DNA of 64,000 nucleotides from the IMG/VR virus record IMGVR_UViG_3300037400_003300, positions 16,273 to 80,272 of that record. One strand, 5' to 3'. Under the pieces are notes generated by a model. The model worked only from the letters and a program-made list of their open reading frames with translations. It searched no databases and was not told the DNA's origin. Positions 54,901 to 64,000 of this stretch are shown here, piece after piece. This DNA comes from a virus. Lineage: Duplodnaviria > Heunggongvirae > Uroviricota > Caudoviricetes. The position numbers and the translations under genes were made by a program. Each line of letters starts with the position of its first letter. Position 1 is the first letter of the stretch.

Positions 54901-56850
54901 GTTTTAGTTGTTGCTTCTCTTATTGCTGCATATGGTGGACTAGGTGGAGCATTACAAGAAATAAAAAGAAGATTTGATGAAGTAGTTACTGTTCTAAAAT
55001 TAGTTGCCGAAAAGATTGGAATTACTGATGTTATAAATCAGTTAAAGGAATCTCTACAGAGACTTGGGGAGAAACTTGCAAAATTAAAAGATCTTTGGGA
55101 TGTTCTTTTAACAATCATTCAAATAGTTGCTGTTGTATTAGGTACTGTGCTTCTTGTGGCATTTGGAGTAGTGATAGGTGCTGTAAACTTTTTGATTGAT
55201 TGTCTAGGCGCTTTGGTTGATGTTCTTAGTGGCGTAGGAACAATGATTAAAGGTCTTTTCACGGGCGATTGGAGTGCTGTAAAGGAAGGTGCGGTTAGAG
55301 CAGGAAAAGCAATTGTAGGTGAACCTTTTGGTGAAAGCATTATTGATACAATAAGCGGATACAAAGATAAAATTAAAGGCAGCGTGACAGGTGCAATAAA
55401 TGATGGATTAGCAGATGTTCCTTCTCTTACAAAGAGTACGTCTGAAAATATCGGAAAATCTATTGCTGACAATGAAACTTCATCGCTTATTCAAAGTATC
55501 AATAATTCTCAATCAGCGGTAAACGGAGCTAATGTTGGATTACTTGCAGGAGTATTAAATACAGTAAATACGGCTGATTATGCTACAGCTGGTAATACAT
55601 TTGCATCTTCTGAATACTCGGCATATCAAGATAGTATCTCTGCATTAGATTTTTCAAATCTTGGAATTGAATGGAACACTAAGACAAGTGATGCTTTAAA
55701 AAATAGCGGAGAATTATTCTCAAATGCCAATAAAGAGACCTCTGAAGCAGGCGCAAATGAATTTAGCCAGAGCTATGTAGATGCTATAACTAATCAGAGT
55801 GGCATGGGCGAGAGTCTAAATAAATATGGAAAGTCTATCGGAGCTGAATTTACTAATGGAATGGGTGATGGAATAAATGAACAGGTTAGTGCAATCTGTG
55901 AAAGGATAGTATCACTTTTCCAGACAACGCTTACACCAGATAAGTTCGTTTTTATGGGCACATCTATCTCAAATGCTATCGCTCTGGGAATAAACCAGGG
56001 AATGCCTGTAATAAGCACAGCGCTTGTCAATATTCTTTCGTATATGACGTTGACAATACAAAATTATGTCAATCTCATGGGTACGACTATTCCTAGTCTT
56101 ATCTTACCGGCTCTGACTTCTGCATTCGAGATATTTAGGGCATGGTTTAACGAGTCAATGACTGCATGGTGGAACGATGATGTTGTTCCCTTATTTGCTG
56201 ATGCAAAATGGGATGAAGAGATATTTACACCACTGGCTGATAACATCCATGAACATTTTGATTTATTTAGCACATGGTGGAACACTACGCTACTTGCATG
56301 GTGGGAAGACCAAGTTGTTCCTTGGTTTGAAGAAAAAAAATGGGGTGAACAATTTGAACATATCCTTAAAGTAGCGATTGAAGTCTTTGCTAAAGTTCGA
56401 GAAGCAATTAAAACGCATATAGAGAATGCGGAATATGATGTTAAATTTGCTTGTGAGAATATGAAAGACTCAATCCAAAGTGTTATTGATGAGATTGATG
56501 ACCTTATTGAAAAACTCAAAGAGGTTCCTAGTGAAGTTACATTCCATGCGCCACATGGCTATGCAGAAGGTGGTTTTCCGTCTTCAGGTTCATTATTCTT
56601 TGCCAATGAAGCAGGCCCGGAACTTGTGGGTACTATTCACGGAAATACTGCGGTAGCAAATAATAATGAGATTACAGGAATCAGGGAAGCAGTACTTGCA
56701 AGCGGCAATCAGGAATCAGAACTTCTTGCCAGACTTATCACAATAACGCAGGCACTTCTTGATAAAGAGCCTGTCGTTATTGATGATAGGAATATAGCAA
56801 GAATGGCTACAAGCGGCCAGGGAAGGCTTGGAATGAATATAATAACGTAA
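51931..56850 (+). CDS. tail tape measure protein
   Basis: 1639 aa, coiled-coil, internal duplication (EYKKIISEMESGKR x2), Gly8 tract, hydrophobic segments. Confidence 0.85.
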   Translation: MRMNTMNVDSLNIQIKSSATDAKKSLDSLITSLKNLNKQLGLKEGTKLATTLKTISNSAVSASAEINKISGTGLEKVSKEAAVAQKSIQKLAKEGENVKKTIEGFKFPDFDRYFGVMNDKFEVSESMEKGTNNAIKNIKNLGFVIKNLDDSAPERVVEDVQEKLLPATTRVNDQIKELAKNFNEVSEIKVFDVATKKTEATSYQIGKLLASVREYKKIISEMESGKRAFDPKMYSDAVIGLNQAKKSIDAYKKSLSTTEEVADALSRKMELISSRSAGASIPKDFKAIYDNALKSAQAADELAKGTQKAKTEIEHLLEKYREYKKIISEMESGKRPVDEKEYKEAVIGYSKAKEAIDEYKKSLDKIPDRPKLSFFKDVIPQLLVLERGFGNLSNKFNALADKSTKLFKIMITPLKLAAREYTEKFQGIKHAVTGFREHFISNMTKVSQFWAKTMRTFTFMLVRKAITAIISEVNNAIKSLAQFSNTMGTQFNQSISNLVADFQYLGRSIVSVFAPLLEMITPIIDAIVEKIATLLSYIGMLFAALGGKSSFTKAKKEVTNYGAAVGKAAKSVSTLTMGIDELNILSENKGGGGGGAGSPLAGWEEVEIPNWINGFANKVKKTFGDLFEPMLKAWRAAKNYILSGWEYMTDEMKKLLASIWRDFIRVWKSDVVTNIFYQLLMMVGDIERVIGNLAKRFREAWDNADAGYNILMNIAKAIYKIVEHARNVTLYMVRWSDELTFDPLIQSLVRLTDSFIRLADFIGGVFEDVMKNVVLEYIGWLIEEGLPHLNNTIAEVIDAFNFDKIRQDLEPFEKAFITVLENIHTGTTNALGNLGKQLADFTDSKEFTDFLVRLSEIMGMISAEDVEKLLTGIGKGILDIAESVVKFVNSDTFMNFMESIDEWFENLSADDIADGLTKIAHAILLFKFGAFAAEGVAAFLKVILTLQAFSNISKIATGLTATGAGATAAAGGFSAFTAAALPVVGILAAIVLVVASLIAAYGGLGGALQEIKRRFDEVVTVLKLVAEKIGITDVINQLKESLQRLGEKLAKLKDLWDVLLTIIQIVAVVLGTVLLVAFGVVIGAVNFLIDCLGALVDVLSGVGTMIKGLFTGDWSAVKEGAVRAGKAIVGEPFGESIIDTISGYKDKIKGSVTGAINDGLADVPSLTKSTSENIGKSIADNETSSLIQSINNSQSAVNGANVGLLAGVLNTVNTADYATAGNTFASSEYSAYQDSISALDFSNLGIEWNTKTSDALKNSGELFSNANKETSEAGANEFSQSYVDAITNQSGMGESLNKYGKSIGAEFTNGMGDGINEQVSAICERIVSLFQTTLTPDKFVFMGTSISNAIALGINQGMPVISTALVNILSYMTLTIQNYVNLMGTTIPSLILPALTSAFEIFRAWFNESMTAWWNDDVVPLFADAKWDEEIFTPLADNIHEHFDLFSTWWNTTLLAWWEDQVVPWFEEKKWGEQFEHILKVAIEVFAKVREAIKTHIENAEYDVKFACENMKDSIQSVIDEIDDLIEKLKEVPSEVTFHAPHGYAEGGFPSSGSLFFANEAGPELVGTIHGNTAVANNNEITGIREAVLASGNQESELLARLITITQALLDKEPVVIDDRNIARMATSGQGRLGMNIIT

Positions 56851-56904
56851 GTGTAAGGCGGTTGTCTGTCAAAGGGCATCCGCCTATTTTAATGGAGGTG
56901 CAGT

Positions 56905-57288
56905 ATGGCATTTCTTGAAGTTAATGGAATTGAATTACCTTGTCCGAGCGTAGGACTTGAGATTATTTTAAGTGATGCTGTTAATTCAGGTCGAAATGCT
57001 AACGCGGAGGTTATTGCAGAAAAAGTAGGAAAGACAAACCTTAAATACAATAATCTTATGTGGAAATGGCTTACGCCTGATCAATGGAGTTTAATATGTA
57101 ATCTTTTTTCAAATTTCTTTGTTACTGCAAAGGTATGGAGTCCACTAGAAAATGATTTTGTGATATTGAAGATGTATCCGGGCGATAGATCAGCACAGGT
57201 CTATTGGCTTGATGAAGACCATACCACTCCAAGAAATTTTATGGACTGCAAGGTGAATATCATTGATTGCGGACTTATAGGACGATGA
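56905..57288 (+). CDS. tail protein (distal tail region)
   Basis: gene order. Confidence 0.35.
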   Translation: MAFLEVNGIELPCPSVGLEIILSDAVNSGRNANAEVIAEKVGKTNLKYNNLMWKWLTPDQWSLICNLFSNFFVTAKVWSPLENDFVILKMYPGDRSAQVYWLDEDHTTPRNFMDCKVNIIDCGLIGR

Positions 57289-57298
57289 GGGCTAATAG

Positions 57299-59542
57299 AT
57301 GCAAGCAGTAAGTTCAGCATATAGAGCAGAGCAAAAAGAATATTTAAGAGAAGAAGGATATATCTGGGTATATCTTGGTGTTATATCAAAAGAAGCTCAG
57401 GCACATGCAAAGCCAAATGGAACGTTTACGCTATATTCATCTCCACAGCTTGTTAATTCTACGGTGCCATTTGAGGGATATTATGCGATTCCGGAAGAAA
57501 ACTTTATCAGAGCAGATGGAACACAGTACTTTCTTCCAAGAAATAAGAACTCTTTTGCATTATATCAAGGATTAGTAACTCAGGAGATGTGTGATTCAGT
57601 TACATTTACCTTTGGAAAGTACACTCATCTTGATATTAAGGGACTTACTATTGACTTTGGTGATTATTATCCTACTAGCTTTGAAATCACAAATGGTACA
57701 TATACATATTCATATACAAACGATAAGCCTGGCGAATGGGTTACAGAAGATATATTCAGAGATACAGACCACATTACTATAACACCTAATGAGATTGTAG
57801 GCGGACAAAAGAGATTTAGGATAATTTCTATATTGTTTGGTATTGGACTTATGTTCGATAACAATTCGCTTATATCAACATCATGGAAATCTGAATGCTC
57901 TCATGTATCGAATGAGTTGCCTACAAAAGCATTTTCATTTGCTATTGATAATACTAATAAGAGGTTTGCAGCGGATGATCCTAACTCATATCTTGCTTTC
58001 CTTGAGGAACAGCAGGAGGTTGAGTTTGAATATGGACGAAATCTAAAAGATGGAACGCTATATGCGATTCCAGGAGGAAAGCTAAGACTTAAAACATGGT
58101 CTAGTGATGATACTCGGGCGAGCTTTAGCGCAGTAGGATTTCTTGATTACACAGAGAGCAAATATTACAAAGGCAAATACTATCCTAATGGTATTTCATT
58201 ATATGATCTTGCAATTGAAGTATGTCAGGATGCAGGCATAGAGAAATACACAATTGATAATTATCTTCAGACAATGCATACAAAAAATCCTCTACCTATT
58301 GAAAAACATAAAAATTTGCTTCAGCTCATAGCAAATGCATCTCGTTCTATCATGCGTGAGACAAGAGATGGAGGAATAGAGATAAAGAGTTCGTTTACAC
58401 CGGATATTGTGAGTGTAACGACAAATGGCCAGACCATCTATTCAAATGCTGAGAATGTATTTAAAGAGGATATCACGGTCAGCGATTATGCAACCTCTGA
58501 GAAAAATTTCTCACGTTTGGATGGGCTTCATTATTTCTTGCCAAGGACTTCGAGAGTATATGCTGCAACAGGTTATATTTCTTCTCATGTATCAAATGCA
58601 AATGGCACTTTCTCGACTAATCCAGAGATAACAATAGAGTGGGAGGCAGCTTGGACATTCTTTGGAATGAGTTTAGCGTTCTATAATGCAAAGCCAAGCA
58701 GTTTTACTATCTATTCATATAACTACAATGAGCTTGTTAGCAGTAAAGAATATGATGAGATAGATTATTTGACTGTTATTGAAGATGATTTTGTTGGAAT
58801 AAGCAGGATGCGCATTGTTTTTAACAAAACAAGTCCTTACCAAAGGATTCACCTCTCGCATGTTTCTTTTGGAGATATAACGGATTATGTGCTTGATTAC
58901 TCTGATATGACATCTTCTCCGACTGCATCAGTGGCAGAGAAGGTAAAGAATGTAAATGTTACTTACTATGAATACAGCTATGGAAGCTCACAAAAGAAAA
59001 TAAGTTCTACTATGGCTGTTGCGGGTAATAACGTAGTCACATTTAAAAATCCTGCATACAATTACTCATTAAGTTATGCAAGCGTTCAGCCGGGCACGTT
59101 AACCATTATAAGCAGTGGTGCATATTATGTTGAGTTTACTTCTTCTATTGCAGCTGAAGTAAATATAACCGGTATTGAATTTGTAGTATCAACAAAGGAA
59201 GTAACACAGGAAGTCAGGCAGATAGGTACAGATAAGACAGCATCGAATGTACTTATCGACAATGCAATTGATGCGCAAAACGAAGCGGAGTGGCTTGCAG
59301 ACTACTTTGCAAATGATATTGATTATATTATTTCTTATCGTGGTGAGCCTGCGTTAGATCCAGATGACCTTATTTACACAGAGAATAGAAGTATTGAGAA
59401 AAACCTAGTAAGAATAACAAGTACACAAATTGATACAAGCACCGGAATGAGTATGAGTTGCAAGTTAAACGCAAGGCGAGTAAGTTATGTACTTCCTGCG
59501 GTTGTTGGTTCTGCAATTGTTGGCGAGAGTGCTGTACATTAA
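57299..59542 (+). CDS. tail-associated structural protein (Dit/Tal-like)
   Basis: 747 aa after the tape measure. Confidence 0.45.
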   Translation: MQAVSSAYRAEQKEYLREEGYIWVYLGVISKEAQAHAKPNGTFTLYSSPQLVNSTVPFEGYYAIPEENFIRADGTQYFLPRNKNSFALYQGLVTQEMCDSVTFTFGKYTHLDIKGLTIDFGDYYPTSFEITNGTYTYSYTNDKPGEWVTEDIFRDTDHITITPNEIVGGQKRFRIISILFGIGLMFDNNSLISTSWKSECSHVSNELPTKAFSFAIDNTNKRFAADDPNSYLAFLEEQQEVEFEYGRNLKDGTLYAIPGGKLRLKTWSSDDTRASFSAVGFLDYTESKYYKGKYYPNGISLYDLAIEVCQDAGIEKYTIDNYLQTMHTKNPLPIEKHKNLLQLIANASRSIMRETRDGGIEIKSSFTPDIVSVTTNGQTIYSNAENVFKEDITVSDYATSEKNFSRLDGLHYFLPRTSRVYAATGYISSHVSNANGTFSTNPEITIEWEAAWTFFGMSLAFYNAKPSSFTIYSYNYNELVSSKEYDEIDYLTVIEDDFVGISRMRIVFNKTSPYQRIHLSHVSFGDITDYVLDYSDMTSSPTASVAEKVKNVNVTYYEYSYGSSQKKISSTMAVAGNNVVTFKNPAYNYSLSYASVQPGTLTIISSGAYYVEFTSSIAAEVNITGIEFVVSTKEVTQEVRQIGTDKTASNVLIDNAIDAQNEAEWLADYFANDIDYIISYRGEPALDPDDLIYTENRSIEKNLVRITSTQIDTSTGMSMSCKLNARRVSYVLPAVVGSAIVGESAVH

Positions 59543-59551
59543 GGAGGAACT

Positions 59552-61003
59552 ATGGCATATCCTAAACATATTTGGAGAAAAGGAGAGATTATTAACGCTG
59601 AGCCTCTAAATAACATTGAGAATGGTATTGCAAATGAAGAGACAAGGGCAACAGATTCGGAAGTAATCTTAGATAATAAAATAGAGGCAAATAAGTCTGC
59701 TTCTGATGATGCAATTGCTACAGAATCAATAAGAGCTTCCACCGCAGAGGATGAACTATCTCAGCGTATAAATGCTTTAAATCTAAACTTTGCTGATTTA
59801 CAAAATTATGTAAATAAAATGAGTTCAGCCACATATAAGGCAAGCGGTTCAATATTATTTTCTGAATTGCCAGAACTAAGTGGAAATAACGTAGGTAATG
59901 TTTATAACATTAAGGAATCTTTTACGACTACATCTGATTTCTACGAGGGAGCAGGGCATACTTACGGGGCAGGTACAAATGTATCGATTATTCAAGTAGA
60001 AGACTCAGATTATCAGGTCACTCAAGTCAGCGTTGGGGATAATCCATTAGAACTTGGCTTGTATGAATATGATACTCAAACTGATACTTATATTCTTACT
60101 ACGGACACTTCGCCTGAAAGTGGGAAAACATATTATATAAGAAATGTGACAATTAATTATTTTTATGACGTAATGACAGCATCTATTGACACATCAGAGT
60201 TTGTCAAATACACAGACATAGCAACTAATAGTAGATTGGGAATTTGCAAGCCTGATGGAAGTAGTATTCATATGAATGATAGAGGTACTTTCTATCTTAA
60301 TGTCAGAAATCCCGAAGATGTGACTAGTCATGTAGATAATTTATCACTTGCCATTCATCATGCAGAACTTGCTAGATATGGTTTCTTTGTTGGTGATTGG
60401 TTTGATGGGACGAATTATAGATATTTCATTGCAGGATATAATCCTTTTCGCGGTAATCGTTCAAGCGCTGCTGACCCAGCAAGTTCAATATGCTTAGATG
60501 TTGACCATGTGGCACTTGTTTTTTCTGTTGGGCAGCTTAAATGGCATGATTCTGGAACATCTGTTATGAACGTTGGTTATGCGGGTTCAGATTATCAGAA
60601 TTACTTAGAAACAACAGTAATGAATAATGTCAAAAACGACATGATAGAGCTACTTGGAGGTGAAACAGGACTTGAATATTTGAGAGAGCAGACTAAGTAT
60701 TTTAGAAGAAATGATGATGAACCCGCTCTTTCGAGAGATAGACACAAGTATATATCTGCTTTAACAGAGAGACAGGTTTATGGTTCAGCTCTTTATTCTA
60801 AAGACCAGTTACAGACAGGTGAAGCATATCATCAGCTTGAAATCTTCCAAAAATATCTTCCTGTCATGAGCCTTGAAGGAGGCTTTTGGCTGAGAGATAT
60901 TGCATCGAGTGCATCTGCATGTTGTGTAGATGACAATGGAATGCCTAGTACTGATTCATTTAGAAATACAAGAAATGGTGCGGCAATGATCTTATTTAGA
61001 TAA
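59552..61003 (+). CDS. tail fibre protein (paralog of 39043..39702)
   Basis: shared segments with ORF 39043. Confidence 0.5.
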   Translation: MAYPKHIWRKGEIINAEPLNNIENGIANEETRATDSEVILDNKIEANKSASDDAIATESIRASTAEDELSQRINALNLNFADLQNYVNKMSSATYKASGSILFSELPELSGNNVGNVYNIKESFTTTSDFYEGAGHTYGAGTNVSIIQVEDSDYQVTQVSVGDNPLELGLYEYDTQTDTYILTTDTSPESGKTYYIRNVTINYFYDVMTASIDTSEFVKYTDIATNSRLGICKPDGSSIHMNDRGTFYLNVRNPEDVTSHVDNLSLAIHHAELARYGFFVGDWFDGTNYRYFIAGYNPFRGNRSSAADPASSICLDVDHVALVFSVGQLKWHDSGTSVMNVGYAGSDYQNYLETTVMNNVKNDMIELLGGETGLEYLREQTKYFRRNDDEPALSRDRHKYISALTERQVYGSALYSKDQLQTGEAYHQLEIFQKYLPVMSLEGGFWLRDIASSASACCVDDNGMPSTDSFRNTRNGAAMILFR

Positions 61004-61012
61004 GGAGTTATT

Positions 61013-61477
61013 ATGGCTTGGACAACACCAAAAACAGATTGGAAAACTGAATATAGCAATATAAATATATATTTAGGCGACTTTTTTAATGTCGAAGATT
61101 ACAATCGTATCAAAAATAATCTTCAATACATTGACGATAGAGCTAAAGAACTATTTTATAATGTCCCCGTGATAAATCTTGGTGCTGATAAGCATTTTCC
61201 AATACCCGGAAGTCCTGATTTTAACAATGACAATATATTTGCTGACGAAATAAATGCTATTGAAAATGGGCTGCAAGGGATACAGGATGCTATAAATTTA
61301 TTTGATTATGGTAAGGCAAAGCTTTTCTATGAGAATGGAGCATTTATTGATTATAAGGAACTCAACAGATTAGAAAGCGCTTTTCTTGACCTTTATGACC
61401 ATATCGAAAGTTCAATCGCAGGTAAAATGAGACTTTCTTTCAGGCTTGGACAGTCTGGAAGCACAATAAAAGTTTAA
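61013..61477 (+). CDS. hypothetical tail-fibre-associated protein
   Basis: gene order. Confidence 0.35.
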   Translation: MAWTTPKTDWKTEYSNINIYLGDFFNVEDYNRIKNNLQYIDDRAKELFYNVPVINLGADKHFPIPGSPDFNNDNIFADEINAIENGLQGIQDAINLFDYGKAKLFYENGAFIDYKELNRLESAFLDLYDHIESSIAGKMRLSFRLGQSGSTIKV

Positions 61478-61492
61478 GGGAAAGGAGTAATC

Positions 61493-61723
61493 ATGGATAA
61501 ACTTACAAGCAGAAAATTTTGGATCTGTGTTGCTGCATTCTTAGCAAGCGTAGCAACATCAATCTCCGGCATCTCTACAAGTAATGAGACTATCACGATT
61601 ATCGGAACTGTTTGCGGTATTTTTTCAGCAGCCATTTATGCTTTTTGTGAAGCATGGGTAGATGCAAAGTCACTTGATGTTGACATAAGTAAGATGCCTC
61701 TTGATGATGATGAGGATGAGTGA
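61493..61723 (+). CDS. holin
   Basis: 76 aa, two TM helices, acidic C-terminus, directly upstream of the endolysin. Confidence 0.55.
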   Translation: MDKLTSRKFWICVAAFLASVATSISGISTSNETITIIGTVCGIFSAAIYAFCEAWVDAKSLDVDISKMPLDDDEDE

Positions 61724-62427
61724 TGAATACGGTAGATAAGGTTCTTAAAATTGCAGCTGAAGAAGTTGGATATTTGGAAAAATCGAAGCTTGCATATCAA
61801 AAGAACCCAGATATTATTTACCAAAAGACCGCAGGTGCAGGAAATGACAATATAACTAAATATGGATATGAAATGAACAAAATATATCCTGCTACTATGG
61901 ATAAGTTTTCTTTATGGTGTGATGCTTTTGTTGATTGGTGTTTCTATAAGGCATATGGAGTAACAACAGCTAAATCGCTTCTTAATGGCAACTTCGATGA
62001 TTATACTGTTGCATCATGCCGAATGTATGAGAAACATAAAGCACTTGATAAAGTACCTACTATCGGAGATCAGGTTTTTTTTACAAAGAATGGTAAATCA
62101 AGCGGATGCTATCATACAGGAATTGTTTATGATTTAGATAATAATTTCTTTTATACTATTGAAGGCAATACTTCAAATGCCAATGCTGTAGTAAGTAATG
62201 GTGGCGGAGTATCTAAAAAGAAGTATAATAGATTCAACTATGCAGGAAGAGTCCTTTTCGGACATCCAAAGTATGATACAATACCCAAGAAGTCACTTGA
62301 TGAGATTGCAAAAGAAGTAATAATCGGTAAATGGGGTAATGGTGAAGAAAGAAAAAAGCGATTGACTGAAGCGGGATATGATTATGAAACCATAAGAGTG
62401 CTAGTTAATAAATCTGTAAAAATATAA
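61720..62427 (+). CDS. endolysin: CHAP domain + CW_7 (Cpl-7-like) cell-wall-binding repeat
   Basis: Cys in WCDAFVDWC, His in CYHTGIVYD; C-terminal IIGKWGNGEERKKRLTEAGYDYETIRVLVN. Confidence 0.65.
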   Translation: MMNTVDKVLKIAAEEVGYLEKSKLAYQKNPDIIYQKTAGAGNDNITKYGYEMNKIYPATMDKFSLWCDAFVDWCFYKAYGVTTAKSLLNGNFDDYTVASCRMYEKHKALDKVPTIGDQVFFTKNGKSSGCYHTGIVYDLDNNFFYTIEGNTSNANAVVSNGGGVSKKKYNRFNYAGRVLFGHPKYDTIPKKSLDEIAKEVIIGKWGNGEERKKRLTEAGYDYETIRVLVNKSVKI

Positions 62428-62479
62428 CAAGATGATGTATAATATTTTCTGAAGTACTACTGAAAGGACATGTTTTATT

Positions 62480-62806
62480 ATGAAAAGTGCGGCTGATAAT
62501 TTAAAAAACGAATTGGGGATTGACCTTGACAAACCAATTCCTGCATCTTTCAATGTGCCTTATTATGTCCATCAGGACGATATGAACAGGCAAGACCAAA
62601 GCCACAAGATTGAAAATAATTGGAAAAATGCAATCATTTGTGGACTTATCTTTGTCTATGCTATTACTATCTTTGGCTTTCTTATTTATGAATCGAATAA
62701 GTCAAGCGTACCGGTAACAGTCACTCAGACTACACCAAGCGGAAATAATAGTTCTTATATAGGCAGAGACAATATGAGTGTAAACACACCCGAAATGACG
62801 GAATGA
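62480..62806 (+). CDS. single-TM membrane protein
   Basis: central hydrophobic helix. Confidence 0.4.
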   Translation: MKSAADNLKNELGIDLDKPIPASFNVPYYVHQDDMNRQDQSHKIENNWKNAIICGLIFVYAITIFGFLIYESNKSSVPVTVTQTTPSGNNSSYIGRDNMSVNTPEMTE

Positions 62807-62876
62807 TATATAGCTAGTTTTTTGAGGAAGTTCTTTATTAGAACTTCCTTTTTTTATTGCAGAAAGGAGCAGAATA

Positions 62877-63559
62877 TGGCACTAAGAACTGATTATAGAG
62901 ACGATATTTTTAGCGGCAATCGAAAATATTCTCAAATAGATAACGGCGATGGTACTATATCATTTACTGATGAAACTCAGTATGATCAAGTAGGTGATTC
63001 ATTTGGTGCAACTCAGATAAATGAGATTGACGGGAAAATAAATGGACACGATACAAATATTAGCAACATAAATACTAATGTATCAAATATAAATACTAGA
63101 TTAACTAATTTGAGCAACGATTTAGTTGCTCAAGGAACAAGATTTTATTTTGATACCAAAAATGGAAAGTGGGGATGGAACTCAAGCCCATCACGAGGTG
63201 CTGATACATTCCACCCTTTTAATCAGATTCAAGCAATTTCTATTCCTTTTGTTTCTACAATTGGTACAAGTGAGAATGCAAATCATTTAGTAAGAACTAC
63301 TGTAGATATTAGAGAAGTTGCAAGAATGACTGTTGAAAATTGGTATACAAATTCTTATCAATATGGAAGGCAAAGAGCTACTATAGCATTAAGTGTTGAT
63401 GGTGTGAACTTTTATAATATATGGGATGTGACTCCGACTGCTACAAGTGTTCCATGCGGAACTTGGGAGGTAACGAATTATAATTTTGTAAAATTTGAAG
63501 CGAACGCGTATGGAGCGGGAATTGAAAGTGGCTTTCATAATATTTCATTATATAATTAA
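62877..63559 (+). CDS. hypothetical protein
   Basis: AGGAGCAGAAT RBS then ATG 62877. Confidence 0.4.
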
Positions 63560-63618
63560 AATTCATGCATTGAGTTTACGTAATGATGCTTTAAAGCAGA
63601 ATTTATTAAGAGGAATCA

Positions 63619-63858
63619 ATGGAGTATAAGAATCATAAATTAAAAGAAATGAAAAAATCGACCATAGAAGAAATTGTCAATGAGCATGTTGTAGGATTCA
63701 AAGCAAAGCGTAATCGCAGATTGCTCATATTAAGATGGTGTGATGGACTAACATATGAGGAATTAGCAGAAGAACTGGATATGTCTGTAAGCCAAGTAAA
63801 GAAGATAACATACGATTATGAGAAAGTTCTTTGTAAACATTTGAGGGTAGAAGAATAA
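63619..63858 (+). CDS. small sigma-70 region-4-like HTH protein
   Basis: RRLLILRWCDGLTYEELAEELDMSVSQVKK. Confidence 0.45.
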   Translation: MEYKNHKLKEMKKSTIEEIVNEHVVGFKAKRNRRLLILRWCDGLTYEELAEELDMSVSQVKKITYDYEKVLCKHLRVEE

Positions 63859-63864
63859 ACATTG

Positions 63865-63899
63865 AGGCTCCGGGGTTTCGCTTGGAGCCTCTTTTTTAT
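63865..63899 (+). terminator. rho-independent terminator
   Basis: GAGGCTCCGGGGTTTCGCTTGGAGCCTC + TTTTTT. Confidence 0.6.
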
Positions 63900-64000
63900 T
63901 TGTTTTTGGCTTTCATTTCACGTCTATATTCATCTGCGATATAATCCGGGCCATTCATCCACATATCTGTGTCTTCGTCAAAAAGCATATCACCTGTTTC

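Noticed and set aside
52189-56519. Several 60-150-aa minus-strand ORFs inside the tape measure gene
   Set aside because: Shadow ORFs antisense to a long, confidently called gene.

Overview
This window is low-GC Firmicutes-type DNA and reads as most of a temperate siphovirus-like phage that also carries plasmid-maintenance functions, i.e. a phage-plasmid. There are no rRNA or tRNA genes. In order:

- **Early region (1-6.4 kb):** tightly packed small + strand genes, many zinc-ribbon-like, each preceded by a conserved GAAAGTGAGG motif. It includes a phage Dam-family N6-adenine methyltransferase broken at a G6 tract.
- **Plasmid maintenance and replication (6.4-10.8 kb):** parB/parA on the minus strand flanked by TTTTCGGAATCCGAAAA palindromes, an orphan BrnA-like ribbon-helix-helix gene, an AT-rich origin with six 22-bp iterons, and an iteron-type Rep gene.
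- **TnpB-like locus (15.2-17.9 kb):** after further small genes, an XRE regulator is translationally coupled to a 388-aa IS605-OrfB/TnpB-like RuvC protein. A CRISPR-like array (35-nt hairpin repeats, 23-32-nt spacers, decaying distally) starts 175 bp downstream. Spacer 1 matches 30/30 nt across the RBS and start codon of a gene inside a three-gene ribbon-helix-helix cluster at 30.5 kb in this same element. Two of the three RuvC catalytic positions of the protein are non-canonical.
- **Middle (18.3-35.9 kb):** two diverged, inverted copies of a ~220-bp MITE-like cassette with 16-bp terminal inverted repeats, each encoding a 36-38-aa hydrophobic peptide plus terminator. Between them lie a tyrosine recombinase, an FtsK/SpoIIIE ATPase, a compositionally distinct minus-strand gene island, an HExxH protein, an SPFH protein and the large terminase.
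- **Structural and lysis region (36-63.9 kb):** portal, SPP1-gp7/Mu-F head morphogenesis protein, scaffold and major capsid. The major tail protein has a -1-frame C-terminal extension, and the tail chaperones show a G/GT -1 frameshift at a T7 site. These are followed by a 1639-aa tape measure, tail fibre genes, holin and a CHAP+CW_7 endolysin. An inserted module (38.4-44.6 kb) carries a second tail-fibre set and a tyrosine recombinase flanked by two invertible segments. In both, the inverted repeats lie in frame, so inversion swaps the C-terminus of a tail-fibre protein and of a 113-aa partner protein.

The most interesting candidate is the TnpB-like protein with a multi-guide CRISPR-like array and a self-matching guide, which may be an RNA-guided regulator. 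All coordinates derived by hand counting are accurate to about ±2 nt.
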